Origin: an uncultured Pseudomonadota bacterium
GTDB taxonomy: Bacteria; Pseudomonadota; Gammaproteobacteria; Burkholderiales; SG8-39
Assembly (NCBI GenBank): GCA_963739205.1
Contig: CAVTZJ010000004.1
Location: 398,614-462,613, forward strand
Direction: 5' to 3'
Length of the DNA: 64,000 nucleotides
Positions 38,635 to 46,182 of this stretch are shown piece after piece. Position 1 is the stretch's first letter. Every line of letters starts with the position of its first letter. A program made the position numbers and the translations under genes. The notes under the pieces were generated by a model. That model searched no databases. It worked only from the letters and a program-made list of their open reading frames with translations, and had not been told where the DNA came from.

Positions 38635-39792
38635 TCAGTGCCGGTCGTGGTCGTAGTGGCGCCCCCGACCAGTCATGATCTTCAGCCACGCATGGCCTTC
38701 GAAAGCCTGGCCCGACTTCGTCGTACCGGTCACCTTGCCTTCGGTATCACCGGCCTGGAAATTCGCCTTGCTGAAGTCGAAGAAGCAGATCAAGTCGGGC
38801 CGCTTGTCGCGGTTCACGTCGACGCTGTGCTGCTCGCAGCGGATAAGGCTGTCCTCATTGCCGGTCGCGCCGAACTTGAGTGAACTCGGGTCGACGTCCA
38901 ACGCATTGAATGTAGCCGATGACAGCAACGCCACTGGTATGCCGCCCTTGAAGTGATGCTCGAGCGCCCTGTACGCGTGGTCCCGCTTCAAGTCGCGGTC
39001 GCGGTCCAAATCGTGGCCCGGGGAATAAGCCCAGAGGACGTCGCGTCTGCCCGGTCGAATTTCGATGCTGATTTCCTGCACTGACCCGCTGACCACCGGC
39101 GGCGTAGGCGTCGAAACCGGCGGCGGCGGAGGTGGCGTAACTACCGGCGGCGGCGGCGATGTGACTACCGGCGGCGGCGGCGGAGGTGGCGTAACTACCG
39201 GCGGCGGCGGCGGCGCTGGCGGCGTAACGCCCGAGATAATCAGTGTGTAGGTGCCGGGGACATCGTACGAGGGGGAGTCCTGGAGAATCTGACCCGAGCT
39301 CAGCGTGTTGACATCGACGAACGTGCCTGGGTCGCTGCTCACGCCAACGACATAGGTCCCCGTCGTTGGCACAACGAATTTATCGATGCGAGCGTCAAGG
39401 TAACTCACTGAGCCCGGTGCGTCGATCGGAAATCCGTATTGCGACTGGCTCAAGAGGCTCAAGGGGCCATTGCCGCCCGGTCCGAAGATGGCAAGGTCCG
39501 TCCAAACTCCCGTGCTGTTATCGGCACTCATGCCGCCATCGATATTGACGGTTATGACGTCGCCTGCAGTCGCCTGAAAGCTGTAAAAGTCCACGTCACG
39601 GTGGGCAGCAGTGTTGAGGATCGCGCCGTTTACCGTTACGGTGCCATCGCTACCAATGGTGAGCAGCTGCGCATTGGCGACGGGATCGTTCGGTTCGACC
39701 TCGTCCACGGCAAGCGCCACGCGGCTCGCGCCCAAGGCTGCAAGGATCGCGATCAACATCGCCGACCGCATGAACCGTTTGTTCGTCTTCAT
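38635..39792 (-). CDS. Secreted protein: signal peptide, PPC (pre-peptidase C-terminal)-like domain, proline-rich linker, C-terminal beta-rich domain, and a His/Asp tail
   Basis: MKTNKRFMRSAMLIAILAALGASRVALA signal peptide. The pattern EPNDPVANAQLL...DVDFYSFQATAGDVITV is PPC-like. The linker is PPAPPPPPVVTPPPPPPPVVTSPPPPVVTPPPPPPVSTPTPPVV. The RBS GAGG lies 7 nt upstream of the ATG at 39792. Confidence 0.75.
   Translation of the reverse strand: MKTNKRFMRSAMLIAILAALGASRVALAVDEVEPNDPVANAQLLTIGSDGTVTVNGAILNTAAHRDVDFYSFQATAGDVITVNIDGGMSADNSTGVWTDLAIFGPGGNGPLSLLSQSQYGFPIDAPGSVSYLDARIDKFVVPTTGTYVVGVSSDPGTFVDVNTLSSGQILQDSPSYDVPGTYTLIISGVTPPAPPPPPVVTPPPPPPPVVTSPPPPVVTPPPPPPVSTPTPPVVSGSVQEISIEIRPGRRDVLWAYSPGHDLDRDRDLKRDHAYRALEHHFKGGIPVALLSSATFNALDVDPSSLKFGATGNEDSLIRCEQHSVDVNRDKRPDLICFFDFSKANFQAGDTEGKVTGTTKSGQAFEGHAWLKIMTGRGRHYDHDRH
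39091..39232 (-). repeat. Imperfect tandem repeat (about 24-30 nt units, four copies) encoding the (P)nVVT linker
   Basis: Units such as GGCGGCGGCGGAGGTGGCGTAACTACC recur (plus-strand reading). The repeat is in frame within the CDS. Confidence 0.7.
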
Positions 39793-40241
39793 AATTGCCT
39801 CACTTTCTAAAAATGAACGCGCCAAAGTGACGCCAATTGACGACACGAACCTATCCCTCCTGAGCGCCTGCGCACAGTGAAAACCTCACGCCGCAATCGA
39901 GAAGCACGCTGTCTGCGTGAAGCAATTCTCAATTTGACGATGCTTTTCAATTCCCATTGAACCTGACAGGAACGAAGTTCGTGAGAGTCATGCTCCGGTA
40001 TCCGGTCGTATCCTCTCAAGTGGTGTACGTAGCGGTGACGCACACCCCCCTTCCGTGGCCGAATCGATGGTTCTGCAGTGCCAGGCAAGCAAGCGCAAGG
40101 CGCGCAGCAACATGCGGTCCGATACCACTCATTACTTTAAGTGCTTGCGCGAGCGGGGCGGCCGCGAGAACAGTAAGGCGCGCGCGGTTTGCGACGCCCT
40201 CCAAACACGGGATAGAGAGCAACGCCAAATCATTGATCGTT

Positions 40242-40317
<76 letters not shown>

Positions 40318-40358
40318 GCACCTGAGGCCCGCCGCCTTGCACGGCGAGACGAGGCAGC

Positions 40359-40364
40359 ATTATA
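40359..40364 (-). promoter_or_regulatory. Perfect TATAAT -10 hexamer about 41 nt upstream of the tRNA-Thr 5' end
   Basis: Read directly. No convincing -35 hexamer was seen. Confidence 0.3.
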
Positions 40365-40369
40365 GCCTT

Positions 40370-40387
40370 GCCCGCCCCGCGGCGGGC
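40370..40387 (-). terminator. GC hairpin 13 nt after the KAS stop codon (no U-tract)
   Basis: GCCCGCC-CCGC-GGCGGGC. Confidence 0.3.
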
Positions 40388-40400
40388 CGCGCGCACGGCC

Positions 40401-41612
40401 TCAGTCGCAGCGGCGGAATGCCAGCACAGCGTTGGTACCGCCAAACGCGAACGAGTTGCTGATCGCCGCGCGCAGCTGCGGCGCCTCGGTGTGCGGCTGC
40501 TGCACGAGCGGGACGCGGCAGGCCGGATCCTGTGGACCGCAGTGCATGTTGGGTGGCAGCGTGCGACGCTCGAGAGCGAGAACGGTGATGGCCGCCTCCA
40601 GCGCCCCTGCCGCACCGAGCAGGTGCCCGTGCATCGATTTCGTCGAGCTCACCGCCAGGGCGCCGATCGCGTCGCCCCACACCTGCGCAAGCGCCTCGCA
40701 CTCAACGACGTCGCCCGCGCGCGTCGCCGTGCCGTGCGCGTTGCAGTAGCCGATGTCCGCGGGCGACAGGCCGCTCGCGCGCAGCGCGGCAACCAGAGCG
40801 CGCACCTGGCCGGCGACGTCCGGCTTGGTGAGATGCGTCGCGTCGCAGGACACGCCGCTGCCGGCGAACTCGGCGTACACGCGCGCGCCGCGCGCCTTTG
40901 CAGCCTCGAAGGGCTCGAGCAGCAGGAACGCTGCACCCTCGCCGAGAACGAGGCCGGTGCGGTCGGTCGCGAAAGGCCGGCAGCCGCGGGACGGGTCCTC
41001 GACCTCCGCGGAGGCAAGAGTCTGGAGCGCCTGCCAGGCGCGCACCGCGCCCGGCACGAGCAGCGCCTCGCTGCCGCCCGCCAACGCGCACTCGACTTGT
41101 CCCGCGGCGACCGCCTTGGCCGCTTCGGCGATCGCCACGGCGGACGACGCGCACGCGATCGAATACGTCAGCACCGGTCCGTGCACCTTCGCACGCATCG
41201 CAATGTGGGCCGCGGGCGCGTTCGGCATGAAGGCCGGCACGGTGAGCGGCGGAACGCGGCCGGACTCGGCATAGCGCGCAAAGGCCTCGTCGATCGCCGA
41301 AGCTCCCCCCATGCCGGTGCCAACATATATGCCGCTGCGCTCGTCGAGCGCGTCGAGGCCCGCGTCGGCCCGCGCCAATTCGGCGGCGGCCACGGCGATC
41401 TGGCTGACGCGGTCTACGCCGGCGAGCTGCAGGCGCGTAAACCAGTGCGTGGGGTCGAACGCCGCGCGCGCCGCGAGCGCGGGCGGCGCGCCGCCCGATG
41501 ACCAGCGCGCCACCGCGGAGCGGCCAGCCATCAATGCGTCGAATACGGCGCCGGGGGAGTCACCGTGCGGAGAGACCAGACCTATTCCGGTAACGACGAC
41601 GCTGCGCCTCAT
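40401..41612 (-). CDS. Beta-ketoacyl-ACP synthase, FabF/NodE-like (KAS I/II class)
   Basis: 403 aa. The Cys-His-His triad context is present: YSIACASS, CNAHGTAT, STKSMHGHLLGAAG. ATGA overlap with the upstream ACP gene. Confidence 0.85.
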   Translation of the reverse strand: MRRSVVVTGIGLVSPHGDSPGAVFDALMAGRSAVARWSSGGAPPALAARAAFDPTHWFTRLQLAGVDRVSQIAVAAAELARADAGLDALDERSGIYVGTGMGGASAIDEAFARYAESGRVPPLTVPAFMPNAPAAHIAMRAKVHGPVLTYSIACASSAVAIAEAAKAVAAGQVECALAGGSEALLVPGAVRAWQALQTLASAEVEDPSRGCRPFATDRTGLVLGEGAAFLLLEPFEAAKARGARVYAEFAGSGVSCDATHLTKPDVAGQVRALVAALRASGLSPADIGYCNAHGTATRAGDVVECEALAQVWGDAIGALAVSSTKSMHGHLLGAAGALEAAITVLALERRTLPPNMHCGPQDPACRVPLVQQPHTEAPQLRAAISNSFAFGGTNAVLAFRRCD

Positions 41613-41848
41613 GCAGCCTTCGGTGTCCGCAAGTCGTCGATCAATGCGGCAAGCCCAGCCAGCGTATTGACGCCGCTGCGCGAATCCGGGAAGTCGACGT
41701 TGAAATGCTCTTCTATCGCAAACAGCAGCTCGGCAAGCGACAGCGAGTCGAGTCCGTATTCCTCGAGCGGCGCGTCGGCCTTCAACGTCGCGGTGTCGAT
41801 GTCGAAGTTCTTGTGGATCAATTGCTTCAGTTCTTCCAGTGTGCTCAT
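41609..41848 (-). CDS. Stand-alone acyl carrier protein (NodF-like)
   Basis: 79 aa. MSTLEELKQLIHKNFDID...EEYGLDSLSLAELLFAIEEHF carries the DSL phosphopantetheine-attachment motif. Confidence 0.8.
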   Translation of the reverse strand: MSTLEELKQLIHKNFDIDTATLKADAPLEEYGLDSLSLAELLFAIEEHFNVDFPDSRSGVNTLAGLAALIDDLRTPKAA

Positions 41849-41867
41849 TGTGGTCTCGGTTGCCGAT

Positions 41868-42770
41868 TCAGTAGAGCGGACGCCCTGCGCCGGCGTGCGC
41901 ACGCGCGCGTCCGACGAAGGGCAAGACGTTTGCGGCGGGCGGCGCGGCGGCACGCGCTGCCGCGAGCCGCGTAACGAACTTCGCGAGCAGCGCGGCCACT
42001 TCGTGGCGGTCGTTGTCAATGGTGATCATGTGATAGCTGTTCTCGAGCACGGCCAGCTCCTTGTCCGGCTGCGGTAGCGAAGCGAATAGCCGCTGGACGC
42101 TGTCCAGGCTCGTGATCTCGTCCTCGCGGGCGTGTATCACGAGCAGCGGGCAGCGCAGCTCACCCAGGCGCGCGCGCACCTCGGCCATCATCCGCTCGCC
42201 TTCGCGCAGCGCGCGCAGCGGCAGGCGCGCCGGTCCGACCGCGGAGTTGGCGCGCTCCCGCAGATCGCGGATCACCCATTTGCGGATCTTTGCGTTCTTG
42301 ATGCCGTAAGGCTCGCGCTCGGCCACCGAGAAGAAGCGGTCGAGCTGCGTCCAATAACCGAGATGGCGCAAGTGGCGGCGCAGCGGCAGTCCCCAGCCGT
42401 CGTAGGCGAAGGTCGGTGACATGAGGACGAGGCCTGCGACCTGGCGCGGCGCTTCGAGCGCGAGCACCGCGGCGAGGACACCTCCCATGCACAGTCCGCC
42501 GAGCACGACCGGAGCGTCGCCCGCCAGACGGGGATGCACGGCCGCGAGCGCCGCATCCCGCCAACGCCGCCAGTCGGGCGACACGGCCTCGTTCGACAAG
42601 GTATAGCCGGGCGTGACGACGGCGTCATGCGGCACGCCGCGCCTGCGCAAGTCCTGGCCTACGAATGCGAATTCCTGGGGCGACGAATACAGGCCATGGA
42701 ACAAGAAGAGCGGAGTTGAGAGTGGTTCGCGTTTTGACACGAAGGGCGGTCTCGGAGGCCGGGCGCACAT
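41868..42770 (-). CDS. Alpha/beta-fold hydrolase with Cys at the nucleophile elbow (G-L-C-M-G)
   Basis: PLFLFHGLYSSPQEF (oxyanion region), GGLCMGGVLA (Cys codon TGC at 42489-42491), and later REDEITS and NSYHMIT as Asp/His candidates. The start is ambiguous: ATG at 42770, or TTG at 42794 in the track. Confidence 0.7.
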   Translation of the reverse strand: MCARPPRPPFVSKREPLSTPLFLFHGLYSSPQEFAFVGQDLRRRGVPHDAVVTPGYTLSNEAVSPDWRRWRDAALAAVHPRLAGDAPVVLGGLCMGGVLAAVLALEAPRQVAGLVLMSPTFAYDGWGLPLRRHLRHLGYWTQLDRFFSVAEREPYGIKNAKIRKWVIRDLRERANSAVGPARLPLRALREGERMMAEVRARLGELRCPLLVIHAREDEITSLDSVQRLFASLPQPDKELAVLENSYHMITIDNDRHEVAALLAKFVTRLAAARAAAPPAANVLPFVGRARAHAGAGRPLY

Positions 42771-42940
42771 CGTAGACCCCGAATCTGACCCCAACCTTAA
42801 GACATCCGGACCGCAGGCTTACCTCCCGGAGCGCGGCATCCGCCGGGAATACACATGCGCACTAGTTCCGCAAAATCGCGGCGCATCAAGCCGTTCGCGC
42901 CGTGTTTCGGCCCGCCGGTCGGCGTCTTTTGCGGATTGCG

Positions 42941-42957
42941 AGGCAGCTTTCTAGCAT
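42941..42957 (+). promoter_or_regulatory. Candidate sigma-54 (-24/-12) promoter upstream of pilE
   Basis: AGGCAG-CTTTC-TAGCAT, with the GG and GC dinucleotides at the consensus GG-N10-GC spacing. It lies 27 nt upstream of the ATG. Confidence 0.3.
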
Positions 42958-42983
42958 GCAATCACGTGAAAAGGGGGACACCC

Positions 42984-43406
42984 ATGCGCAAGGCAAAAGG
43001 ATTCACGCTCATCGAGCTCATGGCAGTGATCGCAGTCGTCGCGATTCTCGCGGCGATTGCCTACCCGTATTACGGAGACTACGTCACGCGCGGCAAACTG
43101 ACCGAGGCGTTCAACGGCCTCTCGGAGCTGCGCCTGCGCGCCGAGAAGTGGTTCGCCGACAACCGCACCTACGTCGGCTTCAACCAGACGCTCACCGGCG
43201 TGAAGTACTTCGCTTACGACTGCAGCAATCCCGCGCCAACACAGACCACCTTTACCTGCACCGCGACGGGAGCCGGACCGTCGCCCGGGTTTGGCGACTT
43301 CAAGTTCACCATCAACGAATCCGACGTCAGGGCGACGCCCTCCGCCCCGACCGGCTGGAACACGTCGACCACCTGCTGGATCACCAAGAAGGGTGAGTCG
43401 TGCTGA
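42984..43406 (+). CDS. pilE: Type IV pilin, PilE-like
   Basis: MRKAKGFTLIELMAVIAVVAILAAIAYP is a class III signal (G|FTLIE). The RBS AAGGGGGA lies upstream. Confidence 0.85.
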   Translation: MRKAKGFTLIELMAVIAVVAILAAIAYPYYGDYVTRGKLTEAFNGLSELRLRAEKWFADNRTYVGFNQTLTGVKYFAYDCSNPAPTQTTFTCTATGAGPSPGFGDFKFTINESDVRATPSAPTGWNTSTTCWITKKGESC

Positions 43407-44020
43407 CGCGTTGCCTGCAGCAAGGCATGACCATGATCGAGATGATGGTCGCGCTCGTGATCGGCGCGCTCATCCTCATGCTCGCGCTGCCGTCGTTCTC
43501 GACCTTCCTGCAGAACCAGCAGATACGGAACGGCGCCGAGTCGATCCTCGACGGACTCAACTTCGCGCGCACGGAAGCGGTGCGTCTGAACACGTCGATC
43601 CGGTTCCAGCTCGTAACCGACCTCACCGCCTCCTGCGCGCTCAGCGCCAACTCCGCGGCCTGGGTGATAAGCCCTGCCGACCCGACCGGTGTCTGCGACC
43701 AGCCGGTCGGGGTGGCGACTCCGCCGGCCATTCCGCAGATCATTCGCAAACGCTCGGCAAGCGAAGGAACCGGTAACGTGGTGGTGACCTCCACTGGCGG
43801 CGCCACGACCGCAATCTTCAACGGCCTGGGCCGGCTGCAAAGCGCCGGCATCACGCAGATCGACATCACGAACACCTCGGGCACGTGCCAGTACGCGGAC
43901 CCGGTGAACGGTACCATGCGCTGCATGCGCATCCTCGTGTCGAGCGGCGGCCAGGCGCGGCTGTGCGACCCGCAGGTCGCGACCCCGGTGCCGCCCGTAA
44001 TCGACCCGCGGGCCTGCTAA
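43400..44020 (+). CDS. fimT: Type IV minor pilin, FimT/FimU (GspH family)
   Basis: QQGMTMIEMMVALVIGALILMLALPSF...AESILDGLNFARTEAVRLN. Confidence 0.75.
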   Translation: MLTRCLQQGMTMIEMMVALVIGALILMLALPSFSTFLQNQQIRNGAESILDGLNFARTEAVRLNTSIRFQLVTDLTASCALSANSAAWVISPADPTGVCDQPVGVATPPAIPQIIRKRSASEGTGNVVVTSTGGATTAIFNGLGRLQSAGITQIDITNTSGTCQYADPVNGTMRCMRILVSSGGQARLCDPQVATPVPPVIDPRAC

Positions 44021-44033
44021 GGAGGATGACGGC

Positions 44034-44462
44034 ATGAGACCCGAGAGCTCCGCGTCGAAGCAACAGGGCATGCTGCTGCTCGAGGCCCTGGTCGGGATCC
44101 TGATTTTCTCGATCGGCATCCTCGCCATGCTCGGCATGCAGTCGGTCGGCATGCGCAACACCATCGACTCCAAGTACCGTTCCGAGGCCGCCTACCTCGC
44201 CAATCAGATCGTCGGCACGATGTGGGTCGACCGCGCCAACATCGCGAGCTACGACGATGCGGGCGGCGGCAACGCGCGCCTCACGGCGTGGCAGAACCAG
44301 GTCACCACGATGCTGCCGATGGATCCGGCGAGCCCGCCGAGCACCGCGCCGTCGATCGCGGTCGCCGGGCGCCAGGCCACCGTCATCGTGCGCTGGAAGC
44401 GCCCGGGCGACACCACGGTGAGCTCCTTCACCATGGTCGCGCAGATAAACGATCCGACATGA
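44034..44462 (+). CDS. pilV: Type IV minor pilin PilV
   Basis: QQGMLLLEALVGILIFSIGILAMLGMQ is the typical PilV N-terminus. Confidence 0.8.
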   Translation: MRPESSASKQQGMLLLEALVGILIFSIGILAMLGMQSVGMRNTIDSKYRSEAAYLANQIVGTMWVDRANIASYDDAGGGNARLTAWQNQVTTMLPMDPASPPSTAPSIAVAGRQATVIVRWKRPGDTTVSSFTMVAQINDPT

Positions 44463-45580
44463 GGCGCGCCATGCGGACAAGACAGCTCGGCATGAGCCTC
44501 GTAGAAGTGCTGGTCGCAGTGGCGATCGGCCTGATCGGCATCCTCATCATCACCGAGGCGTACCTCACCAGCGACAAGTTCAACCGCTCGACCATGGGCG
44601 AAGGCGGCGCGCAGACCAACGGCACCATCGCGCTATTCACAATCGAACGCGACGTACGGCAGGCGGGCTACGGCATCGCCGACTCGCGCGCCTTCGGCTG
44701 CGGCACGGTCAGCTACTACGTCGACCCGAACTACTCGGCGAATCTCGGCGGCACGTTGCCCAATGTCAGCCTGGCGCCCGTCCTGATCACGACGACCGCC
44801 GGCCAGCCCGACCAGATCAGCGTGATGTACTCGAGCGCCGCGGCCCGCGTCGCGCCCGTGGCGCTCACCGCCGCTTCCTCGAACACCAATATGACGGTGG
44901 ACGGCACGTACGGCTTCAACCCGGGCGATCTGGTCCTCGCAGTGAACCTTGCCGGCGCCCCGAACTGTTCGCTGCGCAAGCTGACGAACATCGCACCGGT
45001 TTCGTCTCAGCTGCAATACAACCCTGGTGCCAGCGGCCAATACAACCCGCCTGGCGTGGGACTGCTGCCGAGCTACGCGAAGGACGACCTGGTGTTCGAC
45101 CTCGGCCAGCCGACTGTGCGCAACTTCTCGATCGTCAACGGCAACCTGCGCACGACGGACTCGCTCCTCAGCGCCGGTGGCACGACCAGCTTCGACGCGG
45201 TCGACGGCATCATCGACCTGCGCGCGCAGTATGGCAAGGACAACGGCGTGAACAACGGTACCGTGAGCAACACGACCTACGCGGCGAACGACGGCATCAT
45301 CGACGGCTTCGACAACGCCGCCCCCGTGACCGCGGCCGACTGGTCGCAGGTGCTCGCGCTGCGCGTGGCCGTGCTCTCGCGCATCGACAACTACGAGAAG
45401 CCCTCGGTCCCGGGCGGCAACTGCGACGCCACGACGGTCATGCCGACCTGGTCGGGCAGCGGCGCGGACCCGTTCACCGCGATCAACATTGCGAGCGTCA
45501 CCAGCCAGGACCGCTGCTTCCGCTACCGCGTCTTCGAGACGGTGATCCCGCTGCGCAACATGATCTGGAGGGCGTCGTGA
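44459..45580 (+). CDS. pilW: Type IV minor pilin PilW
   Basis: RQLGMSLVEVLVAVAIGLIGILIITEAY..ERDVRQAGYG. ATGA overlap with pilV. Confidence 0.8.
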   Translation: MRRAMRTRQLGMSLVEVLVAVAIGLIGILIITEAYLTSDKFNRSTMGEGGAQTNGTIALFTIERDVRQAGYGIADSRAFGCGTVSYYVDPNYSANLGGTLPNVSLAPVLITTTAGQPDQISVMYSSAAARVAPVALTAASSNTNMTVDGTYGFNPGDLVLAVNLAGAPNCSLRKLTNIAPVSSQLQYNPGASGQYNPPGVGLLPSYAKDDLVFDLGQPTVRNFSIVNGNLRTTDSLLSAGGTTSFDAVDGIIDLRAQYGKDNGVNNGTVSNTTYAANDGIIDGFDNAAPVTAADWSQVLALRVAVLSRIDNYEKPSVPGGNCDATTVMPTWSGSGADPFTAINIASVTSQDRCFRYRVFETVIPLRNMIWRAS

Positions 45581-46155
45581 GAATGTTGAACCATGCTGCG
45601 CGCAGCGCGCAACGGGGCGCAGTGCTGTTCATCGCACTCATCGTACTGGTCGCGATGTCGCTCGCGGGCCTCGCGCTCATGCGCGGGGTGGACACCGGCG
45701 CGTTGATCGCGAGCAACCTGGCGTTCAAGGAAAGCGCCACCGCGGCGGGCGACCTGGGCGTCGAGAACGCGCGCAACTGGCTGATCGCCAACGCGGGTTC
45801 TAATCTGCAGAACGACCAACCCGGGATCTCGGGCGGGAACGGCTACTGGTCGACCTCGCAGGACGCCCTCGATCTGATCAACGTGTTCGACTGGTCCACC
45901 GCGGTAAACGTCGGCACCGACGCCGCCGGCAACCAGGTTAGCTACGTCATCCAGCGCCTGTGCGACGCCTCCGGCCCGACGACCTCGGCCAACTGTCTCA
46001 AATCGAGCTCATCGACCACGAGCGCGAGCAGCAAGGGTGGTGCGGCCTACGGAACCTACGGCATCGCTGCGCCCACCGATGTGAGCTACCGCATCACGGT
46101 GAAGGTGACCGGCCCGCGCAACTCGGTGAGTTTTGTGCAAGTGACGATGTACTGA
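45577..46155 (+). CDS. pilX: Type IV minor pilin PilX
   Basis: QRGAVLFIALIVLVAMSLAGLALMR is the PilX-type N-terminus. The start is GTG at 45577 or ATG at 45583. Confidence 0.75.
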   Translation: MRMLNHAARSAQRGAVLFIALIVLVAMSLAGLALMRGVDTGALIASNLAFKESATAAGDLGVENARNWLIANAGSNLQNDQPGISGGNGYWSTSQDALDLINVFDWSTAVNVGTDAAGNQVSYVIQRLCDASGPTTSANCLKSSSSTTSASSKGGAAYGTYGIAAPTDVSYRITVKVTGPRNSVSFVQVTMY

Positions 46156-46182
46156 CAATAGTCAGCACACGGAGAACGTGCC

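Larger units (their letters stand above)
38294..40241 (-). mobile_element. Degenerate tRNA-Thr-associated genomic islet (no integrase), about 1.95 kb
   Basis: It is bounded by the intact tRNA-Thr 3' end and a same-orientation partial tRNA copy. GC content is visibly lower than in the flanks (AT-rich stretches at 39850-40240). It carries a single cargo gene. Confidence 0.45.

Noticed and set aside
39091-39232. Short tandem repeats that superficially resemble a repeat array.
   Set aside because: There are no unique spacers. The repeats are in frame and encode the PPPP-VVT linker of the secreted protein. This is not a CRISPR array.
39793-40241. An integrase or recombinase remnant between the cargo gene and tRNA-Thr.
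   Set aside because: I translated the three minus-strand frames of the ~140 nt next to the tRNA by eye and checked the track ORFs covering the rest of the gap. No tyrosine- or serine-recombinase motifs appeared (for example nothing like HDLRHT...Y), only short AT-richer non-coding sequence with small inverted repeats such as TTCAAT-TCCC-ATTGAA at 39946-39961.
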